DNA from: an uncultured delta proteobacterium
Lineage (GTDB): Bacteria; Desulfobacterota; Binatia; UBA9968
NCBI GenBank assembly: GCA_963771465.1
Contig: CAVYTU010000017.1
Location: 256,001-320,000, forward strand
DNA length: 64,000 nt
Direction of reading: 5' to 3'
Made by a program: the position numbers and the translations under genes. The notes below the pieces were generated by a model. That model was not told the DNA's origin. It saw only the letters and a program-made list of their open reading frames with translations, and searched no databases. Positions 38,646 through 48,470 of this stretch are shown piece by piece. The first letter of the stretch is position 1; every line of letters starts with the position of its first letter.

Positions 38646-38837
38646 CGACTGGGTTGTCGTAGCGAGTGATCCTTGCCGCACGCGCCTTCCAGGGCGAAAT
38701 TTTAGAGACTGCAGGCGGCAGAACTGCTCTCGCTGTCGTCGTTGAGCTAATGAGTCCTCGATCCATCATTCGCATGGCCTCGCTAGGATTGCGCCGCTAA
38801 TCGATATCCGTTAGTTTCGAATTCTCGACTTTGACGT

Positions 38838-40133
38838 TTGGGCACAACTTTGGATTCACAGCGCAGCCGCATTTACCCACCCGCTTCACCCGGTGCGAAA
38901 AAAAGAATTGCCTTCGCGGCGCTCAAGCATAAAGACTATCGCTGGTTTCTTGGCGCGACGATGCTCGCCATGATGGCGGACAACATCGAGCATGTGATCA
39001 GCTATTGGGTGTTGTTTCAAAAATTTCAGTCGCCGGTGCTGGCGGGCTTCGCCGTCATCAGTCATTGGACGCCGTTCCTGTTGCTGTCGGTTTACTTCGG
39101 CGCTTTGGCGGATCGCTACGATTGCCGCAAGCTGATTCAGATCGCGCAAGTGATGTACATGGCGGTGACGGTGGTCTGGGCAATCCTGTTTTGGACGGAT
39201 ACGATTCAAATATGGCACGCCTGTGTGCTGCTGGTGATTCATGGTATCGCCGGCGTGTTCTGGACCCCAGCGGAGATTCTGTTGATTCACGATATCGTCG
39301 GTGGCGACGATCTGCCGAGCGCGGTCCGGCTCAACGCCACGGCGCGCCAACTTGGCATTCTTTTCGGTCCAGCGGTGGGCGGTGCCATGATGCTCTGGTT
39401 CGGCGCGCCGACGGGTTTGCTGATCAACGCCGTCATTTACGTTCCCTTCACGGTTTGGTTAATGCTTGTCCCCTACACCGGACATCTGCGCGAAGGCGCG
39501 CCGGCTCGCCGGGGTCTCCGGTGGCGCGACGCACTTGGCGTGCTGCGCGAGGTCGCGCAACATCGCTCGATTGTGACCATGATCGTGCTCGGCGGCGCGG
39601 CGTCGCTTTTGGTCGGCAATGCTTTTCAAGCCAGCATGCCGGAGTTCGCCCATGACCTCGGCACGGAAAAAGCAGATTACGCCTATAGCGCGCTGCTCGC
39701 CGCCAACGCCGCCGGCGCCGTGTTCGGCGGCTTTGTGCTCGATGGCAAAGCCTGGCTGCCGCCGACAGTGAAGGCGGCGATCGGCTGCGCGATCCTTTGG
39801 TGCGTCGTTATGACTGCCTTCGCTTTTTCCAACAGTTATTCCCTGTCAATGACGCTGTTGTTCGTCGCTGGCGCTTTGAATCTCGCTTTCTACTCCATCG
39901 CCCAAACCATCGTTCAGCTGGAAGCGCCGATGCATCTGCGCGGCCGCTTGATTGGCCTCTTCTCCATGTCCGCCTTTGGATTGCGCGCTTTCAGCGGCGT
40001 AACCGTCGGAGTGATCGGCGGACTGATCGGGATTCACTGGTCATTGGCGCTCAGTTCCTTGGTGCTGCTGGCGGTGACTTTGGCTCTCCTCGCTTTCGCG
40101 CAACAGCGTCAAACCGTGGGTGAAATGAGTTGA
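38838..40133 (+). CDS. MFS transporter (MFS_3/DHA3-like), tandem paralog 1
   Basis: AFAALKHKDYR, DNIEHVISYW, GALADRYDCRK, LRGRLIG. Confidence 0.9.
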   Translation: MGTTLDSQRSRIYPPASPGAKKRIAFAALKHKDYRWFLGATMLAMMADNIEHVISYWVLFQKFQSPVLAGFAVISHWTPFLLLSVYFGALADRYDCRKLIQIAQVMYMAVTVVWAILFWTDTIQIWHACVLLVIHGIAGVFWTPAEILLIHDIVGGDDLPSAVRLNATARQLGILFGPAVGGAMMLWFGAPTGLLINAVIYVPFTVWLMLVPYTGHLREGAPARRGLRWRDALGVLREVAQHRSIVTMIVLGGAASLLVGNAFQASMPEFAHDLGTEKADYAYSALLAANAAGAVFGGFVLDGKAWLPPTVKAAIGCAILWCVVMTAFAFSNSYSLSMTLLFVAGALNLAFYSIAQTIVQLEAPMHLRGRLIGLFSMSAFGLRAFSGVTVGVIGGLIGIHWSLALSSLVLLAVTLALLAFAQQRQTVGEMS

Positions 40134-40246
40134 GCGGTGTTCGCTTGTCCGCATGAACCGACGAGGCTAATCGCGGAATCCCCCCACTCCAGTACGCGCT
40201 GCGATTTGAATCACCTAGAGATATTGGTTACTGTCCGAATTTAATC

Positions 40247-41524
40247 TTGCAACTTTTGGAGTCTCCATTGGCATCGGCTGCACCGGAAAAACGGCTCGCC
40301 TTCGCGGCGTTACATCACAAAGATTTTCGCGCCTATTTCGTCACAACGGCGCTGGCCATGATGGCGGACAACATCGAGCACGTGATTAGCTACTGGCTGC
40401 TCTATCAGAAATTTCAATCGCCGGTGCTCGCCGGCTTCGCCGTGCTGAGCCACTGGACGCCGTTCTTGCTCTTCGCGGTTTATTTCGGCGCCATGGCCGA
40501 CCGCTACGATTGTCGCAAAGTCATTCAGGTGGCGCAGATCATGTACATGGGCGTGTCGGCGGCGTGGGCGTTTCTGTTCTGGACCGATACCATCGAACTC
40601 TGGCATGCCTGCGTTCTTCTCATCATCCATGGCATGGCGGGAGTACTGTGGGGGCCGGGCAGCCAATTGCTCATCCACGATATCGTCGGCCACGAGCAAT
40701 TGCAGAGCGCCATTCGGCTCAACTCGACGAGTCGGCAGCTGGGAGTTCTTTTCGGGCCGGCGGTGGGCGGCGCCATGATGCTGATCTTCAGTCCGTCGGC
40801 GGGATTGATGGTCAACACACTCATCTACATGCCGCTGACCCTTTGGCTGCTCAGAGTGCCCTATACCGGCCACAGCCGCGAAAGCGCCGCGCCGTCGCGG
40901 CGTGCCATCGGCTGGGGCGACGCGTTTCAAATCGTTCGCGAAATTTCGGGCAACCGGCCGATCATCACGATGGTCGCTCTCGGTGGTTGCGTGTCGTTTT
41001 TTGTCGGCACCGCTTTTCAAGCGACCATGCCGGAGTTCGCCCATGACCTCGGTACGGAGAAGGCCGATTTCGCCTATAGCGCGCTGCTCGCCGCCAACGC
41101 CGCCGGCGCCGTGGTCGGCGGCTTCTTGCTCGAGGGCCGGTCGTGGTTGCCGCCGAATCAAAAAACCGCGTTTATCAGCGCCATTCTATGGTGCGTTGCC
41201 ATCGCCTCGTTCGCACTGTCGACCCACTATTACTTATCGTTGAGTCTGCTGTTTGTCGCCGGCGTGTTGAATCTCGCCTTCTCTTCGATGGCGCAAACCA
41301 TCGTCCAGCTTCGTTCGCCGGCGGAGTTGCGCGGCCGCGTGATCGGCTTGTACGCGATGACGAGCATGGGCTTCAAAGCGTTCAGCGGCTTGACCGTAGG
41401 CGTCGTCGGCGGCTTGATCGGCGTGCACTGGTCGTTGGCTTTGAGCGCCATGGTCTTGATGACGATCACCATCGCGCTGTTCGCTTTCTCGATACCCGCA
41501 GTGCCGGCAAAGGCGCAAAGCTGA
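40247..41524 (+). CDS. MFS transporter, tandem paralog 2
   Basis: Same motifs as paralog 1 (DNIEHVISYW, MPEFAHDLG). Confidence 0.9.
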   Translation: MQLLESPLASAAPEKRLAFAALHHKDFRAYFVTTALAMMADNIEHVISYWLLYQKFQSPVLAGFAVLSHWTPFLLFAVYFGAMADRYDCRKVIQVAQIMYMGVSAAWAFLFWTDTIELWHACVLLIIHGMAGVLWGPGSQLLIHDIVGHEQLQSAIRLNSTSRQLGVLFGPAVGGAMMLIFSPSAGLMVNTLIYMPLTLWLLRVPYTGHSRESAAPSRRAIGWGDAFQIVREISGNRPIITMVALGGCVSFFVGTAFQATMPEFAHDLGTEKADFAYSALLAANAAGAVVGGFLLEGRSWLPPNQKTAFISAILWCVAIASFALSTHYYLSLSLLFVAGVLNLAFSSMAQTIVQLRSPAELRGRVIGLYAMTSMGFKAFSGLTVGVVGGLIGVHWSLALSAMVLMTITIALFAFSIPAVPAKAQS

Positions 41525-41557
41525 CGCTCAACTCGCACCAACGCAGCGCGCAATAAC

Positions 41558-42844
41558 ATGGCAAGTCCTGACTCTCAGTCTGATCCCTCAGCGGCGAAAC
41601 CCGCGGCGCGCGTTGCTTTCGCCGCGTTGCATCATCGCGACTATCGGCGCTATTTTCTCGTTCACCTGTGCTCGACCATGGGCGATAACATCGAGCATGT
41701 GATCAGCTACTGGCTGCTTTATCAAAAGTTCAAATCGCCGGTGCTCGCCGGCTTTGCCGTGATCAGCCACTGGATGCCGTTTTTATTTTTTGCCGTCTAT
41801 TTCGGCGCCCTCGCCGACCGGCACGATTGTCGGCGCGTGATCCAAGCCTCGCAGCTGATGTATGCCTTGGTATCGCTCACTTGGGGCATACTTTTTTTTA
41901 CCGACACGATCGAAGTCTGGCACGCTTGCGTGCTGCTGGTGATTCACGGCATGGCCGGTGTCTTAGGCGGGCCGGGCGGCCAGCTGATCATTCACGATAT
42001 CGTCGGACGGGAATATCTCCAGAGCGCCGTAAGGCTGAATTCGACATCGCGCAATTTGGGCGTGCTCTTGGGTCCAGGGATAGGCGGCGCGACGATGCTT
42101 TGGTTCGGCGCGCCCACGGGACTCTTCATCAATACGTTGATGTTTTTACCCAACCTCCTCTTCATGTTCTTCCTGCCCTACACCGGCCATGGGCGGGACG
42201 ACGTGGGAAGCAGAAGAGCGCCGCGATTTAGTTTCAAGAGCACGATCCAACTGATGCGCGAGACGTCGGCCAATCCGACGATTTTTTCGATGATACTCCT
42301 GGGCGGCGCGACCTCGCTGCTCGTCGGCAACGCGTTCCAAGCGCAGATGCCGGAGTTCGCCCACGATCTCGGCCATGACAAGCAAGATGTCGCCTATAGC
42401 GTTCTGTTGGCATCGAGCGCCGCCGGAGCGGTGATCGGCGGTCTTTTGCTCGAAGGCAAGGGATGGCTCAGAGCCAACGCCAGTAACGCCGCGATCTGCT
42501 CGATACTTTGGTGCGTGGTGATTGCCGCGTTTGCCGCTTCGACGAGTTATCCGCTTTCCGTTGCTTTGCTGTTTTTCGCCGGAGTTCTAAATCTGGCTTT
42601 TCATTCCATGGCGCAAACCCTGGTGCAGCTCCAGGCGCCGCCGCAACTACGTGGACGGTTGATCGGTTTGTTCAATATGTCGAACAATGGTCTGCGCGCC
42701 TTTAGCGGCGTGACCGTCGGCGTGGTCGGCGGCCTAATCGGTGTTCACTGGTCATTGGCGTTGAGCGCCATGGTGTTGCTGGCGGTGACGGTCGCGCTGT
42801 TTGCGTTGGTGATCCCGGCGCGAGGTAGCGAAGCTTCGCATTAG
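41558..42844 (+). CDS. MFS transporter, tandem paralog 3
   Basis: Same motifs as paralogs 1 and 2. Confidence 0.9.
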   Translation: MASPDSQSDPSAAKPAARVAFAALHHRDYRRYFLVHLCSTMGDNIEHVISYWLLYQKFKSPVLAGFAVISHWMPFLFFAVYFGALADRHDCRRVIQASQLMYALVSLTWGILFFTDTIEVWHACVLLVIHGMAGVLGGPGGQLIIHDIVGREYLQSAVRLNSTSRNLGVLLGPGIGGATMLWFGAPTGLFINTLMFLPNLLFMFFLPYTGHGRDDVGSRRAPRFSFKSTIQLMRETSANPTIFSMILLGGATSLLVGNAFQAQMPEFAHDLGHDKQDVAYSVLLASSAAGAVIGGLLLEGKGWLRANASNAAICSILWCVVIAAFAASTSYPLSVALLFFAGVLNLAFHSMAQTLVQLQAPPQLRGRLIGLFNMSNNGLRAFSGVTVGVVGGLIGVHWSLALSAMVLLAVTVALFALVIPARGSEASH

Positions 42845-42882
42845 AGAATGTGGAGAAGTGGCCGCAAAGAACGGAAGTTCAT

Positions 42883-42965
42883 TTCACCACGAAGGACACG
42901 AAGAGCACGAAGTTCGGAAAATATTTATCCGAACCCTTCGTGTCCTTCGTGATCTTCGTGGTGAA
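42883..42965. repeat. REP-like long inverted repeat built of 9-nt CACGAAG units
   Basis: TTCACCACGAAGGACACGAAGAGCACGAAGTTCGGA ... TCCGAACCCTTCGTGTCCTTCGTGATCTTCGTGGTGAA, between convergent genes. Confidence 0.8.
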
Positions 42966-42986
42966 TAGTTTGTTTTGATCTCGCGC

Positions 42987-43946
42987 TTACGCGGCTTGGT
43001 GGGTACCTTGGGGACGGAATTCGTTCTGCTTGAGCGCGCGATAGCTATCGAGAAGTTGTTTTTTCTCAGCCTCGGAAATTCCTAACTGCGGGCGGCGCAC
43101 TGTTGCCGTTTTGATCAATCCTTCATAGTGCAGCACGGCTTTGATCCGTGCCACCGCTTCGACGATCGGTTCGTTGAAAACTAGTTCTTTAATCGATTCC
43201 AGTTCCTTCTGGATCGCGGCGGCTTGGTCGAACTTGCCGGCGCGGCCGGCGAAGTCTAACGCGCCCCATTTTTCCGTCGCCACGTTGGCGACGCCAATCA
43301 ACGCGCCGTTGGCGCCGAGCTGGTAACTCTCGGCGACGAAGCGGTCGTTGCCGGTGAGCACGCGCATGACGGCTTTGTCGGCATGCAGCCGCTTGACCGT
43401 GTCGGTGAACAGATTGATATCGAAAGACGCTTCCTTAAAGGCGACGACGTTATCCAAGCGGGCGATACGGCAAATCGTGTCGGCATCGTAGTAGTAGCTT
43501 TTAACCGGAATTTGGAAAAGCACGACGGGCAATTTCGTCTCGCGCGCGAGATCTTCGAAGAAACGCACTTTGAGATTGGGATCGACTTTGCCCCAGGCGA
43601 ACAGCAGCGGCGGAAATATCATGACGCCGTCGACGGCAAGATTTTCCAGATCGCCCATGAGCGCGACCGCTTCGTCGGTGGACTGGGGCGCGATGGCGGC
43701 GATGTGAACTTTACCGGCGGCGCGCGCCGCTTTGCCGCAAACTTCGTAGACTCTTCGTTTCTCGTCGAGGCTGAGCACCGGACTCTCGCCGATGCGCGCG
43801 CAGGAAACCAGGCCGGCAACGCCGGGCAGGGACGCGAAGTGTTGGGTAAGGCGCGCTAGACTGTCTGGGTCTAAGGAACCGTCGTGGTTAAACGGCGTGA
43901 CGTACGGGATAAATAGGCCACCGAAACGTTCGTGGTTAGTTGCCAT
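42987..43946 (-). CDS. Dihydrodipicolinate synthase (DapA/NAL) family aldolase
   Basis: VTPFNHDGSLD, GES, Schiff-base AFKEAS, TGND. Confidence 0.88.
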   Translation of the reverse strand: MATNHERFGGLFIPYVTPFNHDGSLDPDSLARLTQHFASLPGVAGLVSCARIGESPVLSLDEKRRVYEVCGKAARAAGKVHIAAIAPQSTDEAVALMGDLENLAVDGVMIFPPLLFAWGKVDPNLKVRFFEDLARETKLPVVLFQIPVKSYYYDADTICRIARLDNVVAFKEASFDINLFTDTVKRLHADKAVMRVLTGNDRFVAESYQLGANGALIGVANVATEKWGALDFAGRAGKFDQAAAIQKELESIKELVFNEPIVEAVARIKAVLHYEGLIKTATVRRPQLGISEAEKKQLLDSYRALKQNEFRPQGTHQAA

Positions 43947-44046
43947 GTGGCTCCTCCGCAAAATGCGGTTGAAATTATTACCGCTCCAAGTAGAACAGAA
44001 TGCGACGACTGGTTCAAGTTGAGTTTGCCGAGGAGTGCGTCAAAAA

Positions 44047-45609
44047 ATGAACAAAATCATTTCCTGCCAGGAACTCGCAACGTTGGTGGCGTCGGACGGC
44101 TTGTTCGCTGTCTTCGACGTGCGCGAGCGCGGCGAGTACAACGATTGCCAAATTCCCAACACGACTTCGCTGCCACGCAGCCAGATCGAGTTTCGTATCG
44201 CCGAGTTACTACCCAGCCGCTCCATTCCAGTTGTCGTCTATGACGAGGGCGGCAAGCGCGCGGAGGTCGCTGCCGAGACATTGACGCACCTTGGCTATGC
44301 GCAGGTTTCAATTCTCGATGGCGGCTTGACGGCGTGGCGGAATGAAGGCCGGGAAATCGTTAGCGGCGTCAACGTGCCGAGCAAGGCGTTTGGCGAGCAT
44401 GTGCACCATGATCGAAACGTGCCGGACTTGGCGCCGGAAGAATTGAAAAATTTGATTGACAGCAATGCTGAGTTAACGATTCTCGACGTGCGTACGCCGG
44501 AAGAGTTCGGCAGGTTTTGCATTCCCGGTGGTTTGAATGTTCCCGGTGGCGATTTGATTCTTTGGGCTGATGAATTGCGACACAAACCGACGGTCATCGT
44601 CAACTGCGCCGGCCGCACGCGTAGCATCATTGGCACCGCCGCGCTGCGGCGCCTGGGCTTGACCAACGTGCGCGCGCTTCGCAACGGCACCATGGGTTGG
44701 CTGCTGGCGGGATTTCAATTGGAAACTCGGCCATTGCGTCGCGGACCAGCGGCGAATTCGGACAGCAGAGTGCGGGCACTCACAACAGCTCTCAGTATTG
44801 CGGCGGAAGAGAAGCTAACGTGGATCACGGTCGAAGATTTCGATCGTTTGATTAAAGAATCGCGCGCGACTGTCGCCTATCTTATCGATGTCCGGTCTGA
44901 AGATGAATTTGCCGCCGCTCATATCGCCGGCTCGATCAACGTGCCCGGCGGACAGGCGGTGCAGCGCGCCGATGATTTCGTGCCGGTGCGCAATGCCGAG
45001 ATAGTTTTTATCAGTAATCAGTCGGCGCGCGCCGTGATGGCGGCGTTCTGGTATCGGCAGATGGGATTCAAACAGGTTCGCGTGCTGGAAGGGGGCCTGG
45101 AGGCATGGCAGGCGAGCGGTCAGGGGCTAGTTGCTGGCATATCGATGGCGGAACCGTCGAGCTTCAGTGCGGCGCAGCGTAGTACGCAATATATCGATGG
45201 CGCAAAACTGCAAAACCATATCGATAGTGGATCGTACACGGTGCTCGATGTTAGCACGAGTCTTGAACATGAAACTGCCCATGTGCCGGGTGCCAAGTGG
45301 ATATCTCGTGGCTGGATTGACATCAAGTTGCCGGAGCTGATCGCTGATCGCGCTCAAAAAATTATTTTGACGTGCCGCGATGGACGGCAATCGACTTTCG
45401 CAGCGCAACAGCTGGCGCGAGTCGGATTCGCCAATATTTCTGTGCTTGTCGACGGCGTACGTGGTTGGACGGCGGCAGGCTACCCAACCGATTCGGGGCT
45501 GAGAGACGCGCTGACTCCGGCGAACGATGTGGTTTTGTCGCCTTCGATTCGTGGCAACAAAGAGGACATGCAGAAATATCTGGATTGGGAACTCACGCTC
45601 AAGCACTGA
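44047..45609 (+). CDS. Four-domain rhodanese/sulfurtransferase
   Basis: Four DVR/DVS...GG..W repeats, VNVPSKAFGE, active-site NCAGRTRS. Confidence 0.9.
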   Translation: MNKIISCQELATLVASDGLFAVFDVRERGEYNDCQIPNTTSLPRSQIEFRIAELLPSRSIPVVVYDEGGKRAEVAAETLTHLGYAQVSILDGGLTAWRNEGREIVSGVNVPSKAFGEHVHHDRNVPDLAPEELKNLIDSNAELTILDVRTPEEFGRFCIPGGLNVPGGDLILWADELRHKPTVIVNCAGRTRSIIGTAALRRLGLTNVRALRNGTMGWLLAGFQLETRPLRRGPAANSDSRVRALTTALSIAAEEKLTWITVEDFDRLIKESRATVAYLIDVRSEDEFAAAHIAGSINVPGGQAVQRADDFVPVRNAEIVFISNQSARAVMAAFWYRQMGFKQVRVLEGGLEAWQASGQGLVAGISMAEPSSFSAAQRSTQYIDGAKLQNHIDSGSYTVLDVSTSLEHETAHVPGAKWISRGWIDIKLPELIADRAQKIILTCRDGRQSTFAAQQLARVGFANISVLVDGVRGWTAAGYPTDSGLRDALTPANDVVLSPSIRGNKEDMQKYLDWELTLKH

Positions 45610-46176
45610 TTAGCAATTGTCGTATTTTGCGCTGGCGAAAAACTTAACGGACCGAGTGGCGACGTCGAATTGCAACCGCTGCATGTTGACCAACTCTTTG
45701 CCGTAGACGTGCACTTCGACGGTGTTTTTCTTCGTGACATTGAGCATTTCGTGGATGTCATTTTCGGGTGCGAGCAGGGTCGACACCATACCGGCTTGGT
45801 TGCGATTCACGCCTTTTACTTCCAACTCGGCGTGACCTTCTTTCGAGCCGTCGTCCAGTCTGACAAAGCGGGTTTCTTGAAGCTCGTTTTCGTGCACGCC
45901 GACCAATCCCCAAGTGTCATGATTGTGCGCCTTGGCATTATCGCCGGGCCCCCAAACTACCGAAGAGATGTTGAAGAGCGGCGCCCGGTGGAGCATGTAG
46001 CGGCCGTAGATCTTGCCGCCATGTTGTTTGAAGCGTGGCTCGATGCAGTTCGGATTCTGCACCAATTCCGCGAGCAGCGGTTTCGCCGCCGCGACGATTT
46101 TTGCTTGTGAGGTTTCGGCGCGGGTAATTCGATCGAGATCCTCAATGAAGTCGGCGAGCGCGTAACGATCGGCCAT
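45610..46176 (-). CDS. Cysteine dioxygenase / 3-mercaptopropionate dioxygenase family cupin
   Basis: VVWGPG, HNHDTWG, DIH (3-His site), HVYG. Confidence 0.85.
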   Translation of the reverse strand: MADRYALADFIEDLDRITRAETSQAKIVAAAKPLLAELVQNPNCIEPRFKQHGGKIYGRYMLHRAPLFNISSVVWGPGDNAKAHNHDTWGLVGVHENELQETRFVRLDDGSKEGHAELEVKGVNRNQAGMVSTLLAPENDIHEMLNVTKKNTVEVHVYGKELVNMQRLQFDVATRSVKFFASAKYDNC

Positions 46177-46185
46177 AATAAAGAA

Positions 46186-46635
46186 TTACTTTCCACGTAC
46201 CGTCAGCACCGGGCAGTTCGCCGACGAAACGACTTTGCCGGCGACGCTGCCCATGAAGAGTTTCGAAAGCCCCGTGCGACCGTGAGTGCCGATGACGATC
46301 ATATCGGCTTTCTTGCTTTTTGCCACTTTGACGATTTGATCGTGGACCGAGCCTTTGAACAACAGGCCCTGAGCTCTGACCTTGAGCTTTTTAAGTCGCG
46401 CGATCAGCTTACTCATGGACGATTGGGATTCCTGTGTAGCGAGGTCTTCCAATTTCGTGTACATTTCTGCGCTGCCGAACTCCTCCTCGCCGGCGACGAA
46501 AGGCGCGGGTTCAATGACGTGAACCACTAACAGTTCGGCGCGGTTTTGCTTGGCCAGCTTGACGGCTTCTGCGAGCGCCCGACTCGATGCCTTCGAGTAG
46601 TCGGTCGCGTAAAGGATTTTCTTGATGCCTGCCAC
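46186..46635 (-). CDS. Universal stress protein
   Basis: KKILYATDYS, IVIGTHGRTG, MGSVA, CPVLTV. Confidence 0.95.
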   Translation of the reverse strand: MAGIKKILYATDYSKASSRALAEAVKLAKQNRAELLVVHVIEPAPFVAGEEEFGSAEMYTKLEDLATQESQSSMSKLIARLKKLKVRAQGLLFKGSVHDQIVKVAKSKKADMIVIGTHGRTGLSKLFMGSVAGKVVSSANCPVLTVRGK

Positions 46636-46681
46636 GTTAACGCTCCTTGAGGATGACTCGGTTCAGCTCGACATAACCGTT

Positions 46682-47734
46682 CTACGCAGCCTGCTTTTGC
46701 ACGCGCGGCAACTTCGCCGCGTCGATGTCGTAGAGCCGGCAGACGTTGTCGCAGACGACTTTACGCTGAATCTCCGCAGGCAGGTGGCCAAGGTCGCGTT
46801 CGATGATTTTTCTTGAGTTGGGCCAGGTCGAATTGGGATGCGGGAAGTCGTTGGACCACATGACGGTGTCTTGGCCCCAAAAGGCGAGGTTCTCGCCGCA
46901 GACATGGTCGTTGAAGAAGCAGGAATAAATCTGATCTTTGACGAAGCTGCTCGGATTGCGCGTAAACGCCGGCGGATTGTCTTTCTTGAAACGATTGTAA
47001 TAGTAATCCCACTGCTGGAAGATCCACGGCATCCAGCCGACTTCATTTTCCACCGAAACGATCTTCAGCTTCGGGTGCCTTTCAAGCACGCCGCAGAATA
47101 CCAACTCGAAGAGCGCATTGGCGATGTCCATCAGCTTCAAATTCACGCTGCCGCGGTAGCGCTCGACGCCTTTGCGGTTTTTGTCTTTATTATAACTGTG
47201 GCCGGTCAGGATATGCAGGCTCACCGGCGCGTCTAAACTTTCGCAGGCTGACCAGAATCTTTCATAGTGGTCGGAAGTGAACGGCAGATCTTTATGCGGC
47301 GCCTGCCAGATGAGCGCGCCTTTCAAGCCGGCTTTGCGGCAGCGTTCGAGCTCTTTGATGCCGTTGTCGATGTTGTAAACCGGGATCGCTGGAATACCGA
47401 TCAGGCGGTCGGTGTTGGCGTTGCAGTAGCTGATCAACCAGTCGTTGTAAGCGTGGAAACAGGCTTCCTGGAGGCCGGCATCGTCGATGGCGAAAAGATC
47501 GAGGCCCAGGGTTGGATAAAGCACTTCGGCGCTCAGACCGTCGGTTTCCATTTCTTTCATGCGCGCATGCGGATCCCAGCCGCCGGCGTGTTTTTGAAAG
47601 CCTTCGCCGACCTGATGCGGCGGAAACAGCGGCGCCGCGTCGCGATATTTTTCCGCCACGCCTTTTTTCCAAAGGTCTACCGGCTCCATGACGTGAGAAT
47701 CCGACGAAATAATCAGATCGCTTGCGATGGCCAT
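46682..47734 (-). CDS. Amidohydrolase_2 family protein
   Basis: SSDSHVMEP, LYPTLG, SLHI, MWSNDFPH. Confidence 0.9.
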   Translation of the reverse strand: MAIASDLIISSDSHVMEPVDLWKKGVAEKYRDAAPLFPPHQVGEGFQKHAGGWDPHARMKEMETDGLSAEVLYPTLGLDLFAIDDAGLQEACFHAYNDWLISYCNANTDRLIGIPAIPVYNIDNGIKELERCRKAGLKGALIWQAPHKDLPFTSDHYERFWSACESLDAPVSLHILTGHSYNKDKNRKGVERYRGSVNLKLMDIANALFELVFCGVLERHPKLKIVSVENEVGWMPWIFQQWDYYYNRFKKDNPPAFTRNPSSFVKDQIYSCFFNDHVCGENLAFWGQDTVMWSNDFPHPNSTWPNSRKIIERDLGHLPAEIQRKVVCDNVCRLYDIDAAKLPRVQKQAA

Positions 47735-47834
47735 TGATCGATCCTCCTGAATATTGAGTTGAAGATTTAGCTGCACATTAGTCGAAAGGCGACGTGGCTG
47801 TCAATTGGTGGGAAGGCAACAGGAAGACAGTTTG

Positions 47835-48470
47835 TTACTTGCGCCACACCGATGCGAGCCACGGTTGCTGCTCGCACGGTAGCCCTGTTGGGCGATAGTA
47901 ATGGCGAACTTCGCTGAAGCCCGCTGCGGTAACCAATTCTTTCCAACGCGGCCAATCGTAGTAGCAACCGTAACGCTCGCCGCTCCAGCCTTCTTGATTG
48001 TCGCCGCGCGGGTTGGAGCTAAAGAGCACGCCGTCCGGTTTTAGCGTGGCGTAAAGTTCGCGCATCACGCGCGGCAGTTCCTGGCTTGGCACATGGAACA
48101 GTGACGCGTTGGCAAAGATGCCGTCGAAATATTCCGCAGGCAGGTCGAGCTTGAGAAAGTCCTGGCACCAAACTTCGCAGCCACTGTGTTCGCGCGCCAT
48201 CGCGACGAAACGCTCGGAGCCATCGAGGCCGATCGCTTCCTGTCCCAACTCTTTGAAAGTTATTAAGTCGCGCCCCGGCCCGCAGCCGAAATCGAGAACG
48301 CGAAAAGGCGCTGAACCGATCAAACTCTGCAGCAGAGCGTCGATATTCTGGCTGACATCATGATCGCGCGTGTCGCGCCAAAAAATTTCGGCGCGTTGAT
48401 CGTAGTGGCCGAGGGTGACGGATGAGGTTTTGGCGAGGTCTTTCGGAGCAAGCATGAGCGCAGAGGTCAT
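47835..48470 (-). CDS. Class I SAM-dependent methyltransferase
   Basis: VLDFGCGPG motif I, FDGIFANASLFH. Confidence 0.9.
   Translation of the reverse strand: MTSALMLAPKDLAKTSSVTLGHYDQRAEIFWRDTRDHDVSQNIDALLQSLIGSAPFRVLDFGCGPGRDLITFKELGQEAIGLDGSERFVAMAREHSGCEVWCQDFLKLDLPAEYFDGIFANASLFHVPSQELPRVMRELYATLKPDGVLFSSNPRGDNQEGWSGERYGCYYDWPRWKELVTAAGFSEVRHYYRPTGLPCEQQPWLASVWRK

Noticed and set aside
23630-38830. Prophage, ICE or IS boundaries for the island-like block
   Set aside because: No integrase, transposase, tRNA target or terminal direct repeat found by eye.
42883-42965. CRISPR array
   Set aside because: Units are 9 nt with no unique spacers and form one inverted repeat. There are no cas genes in the window.
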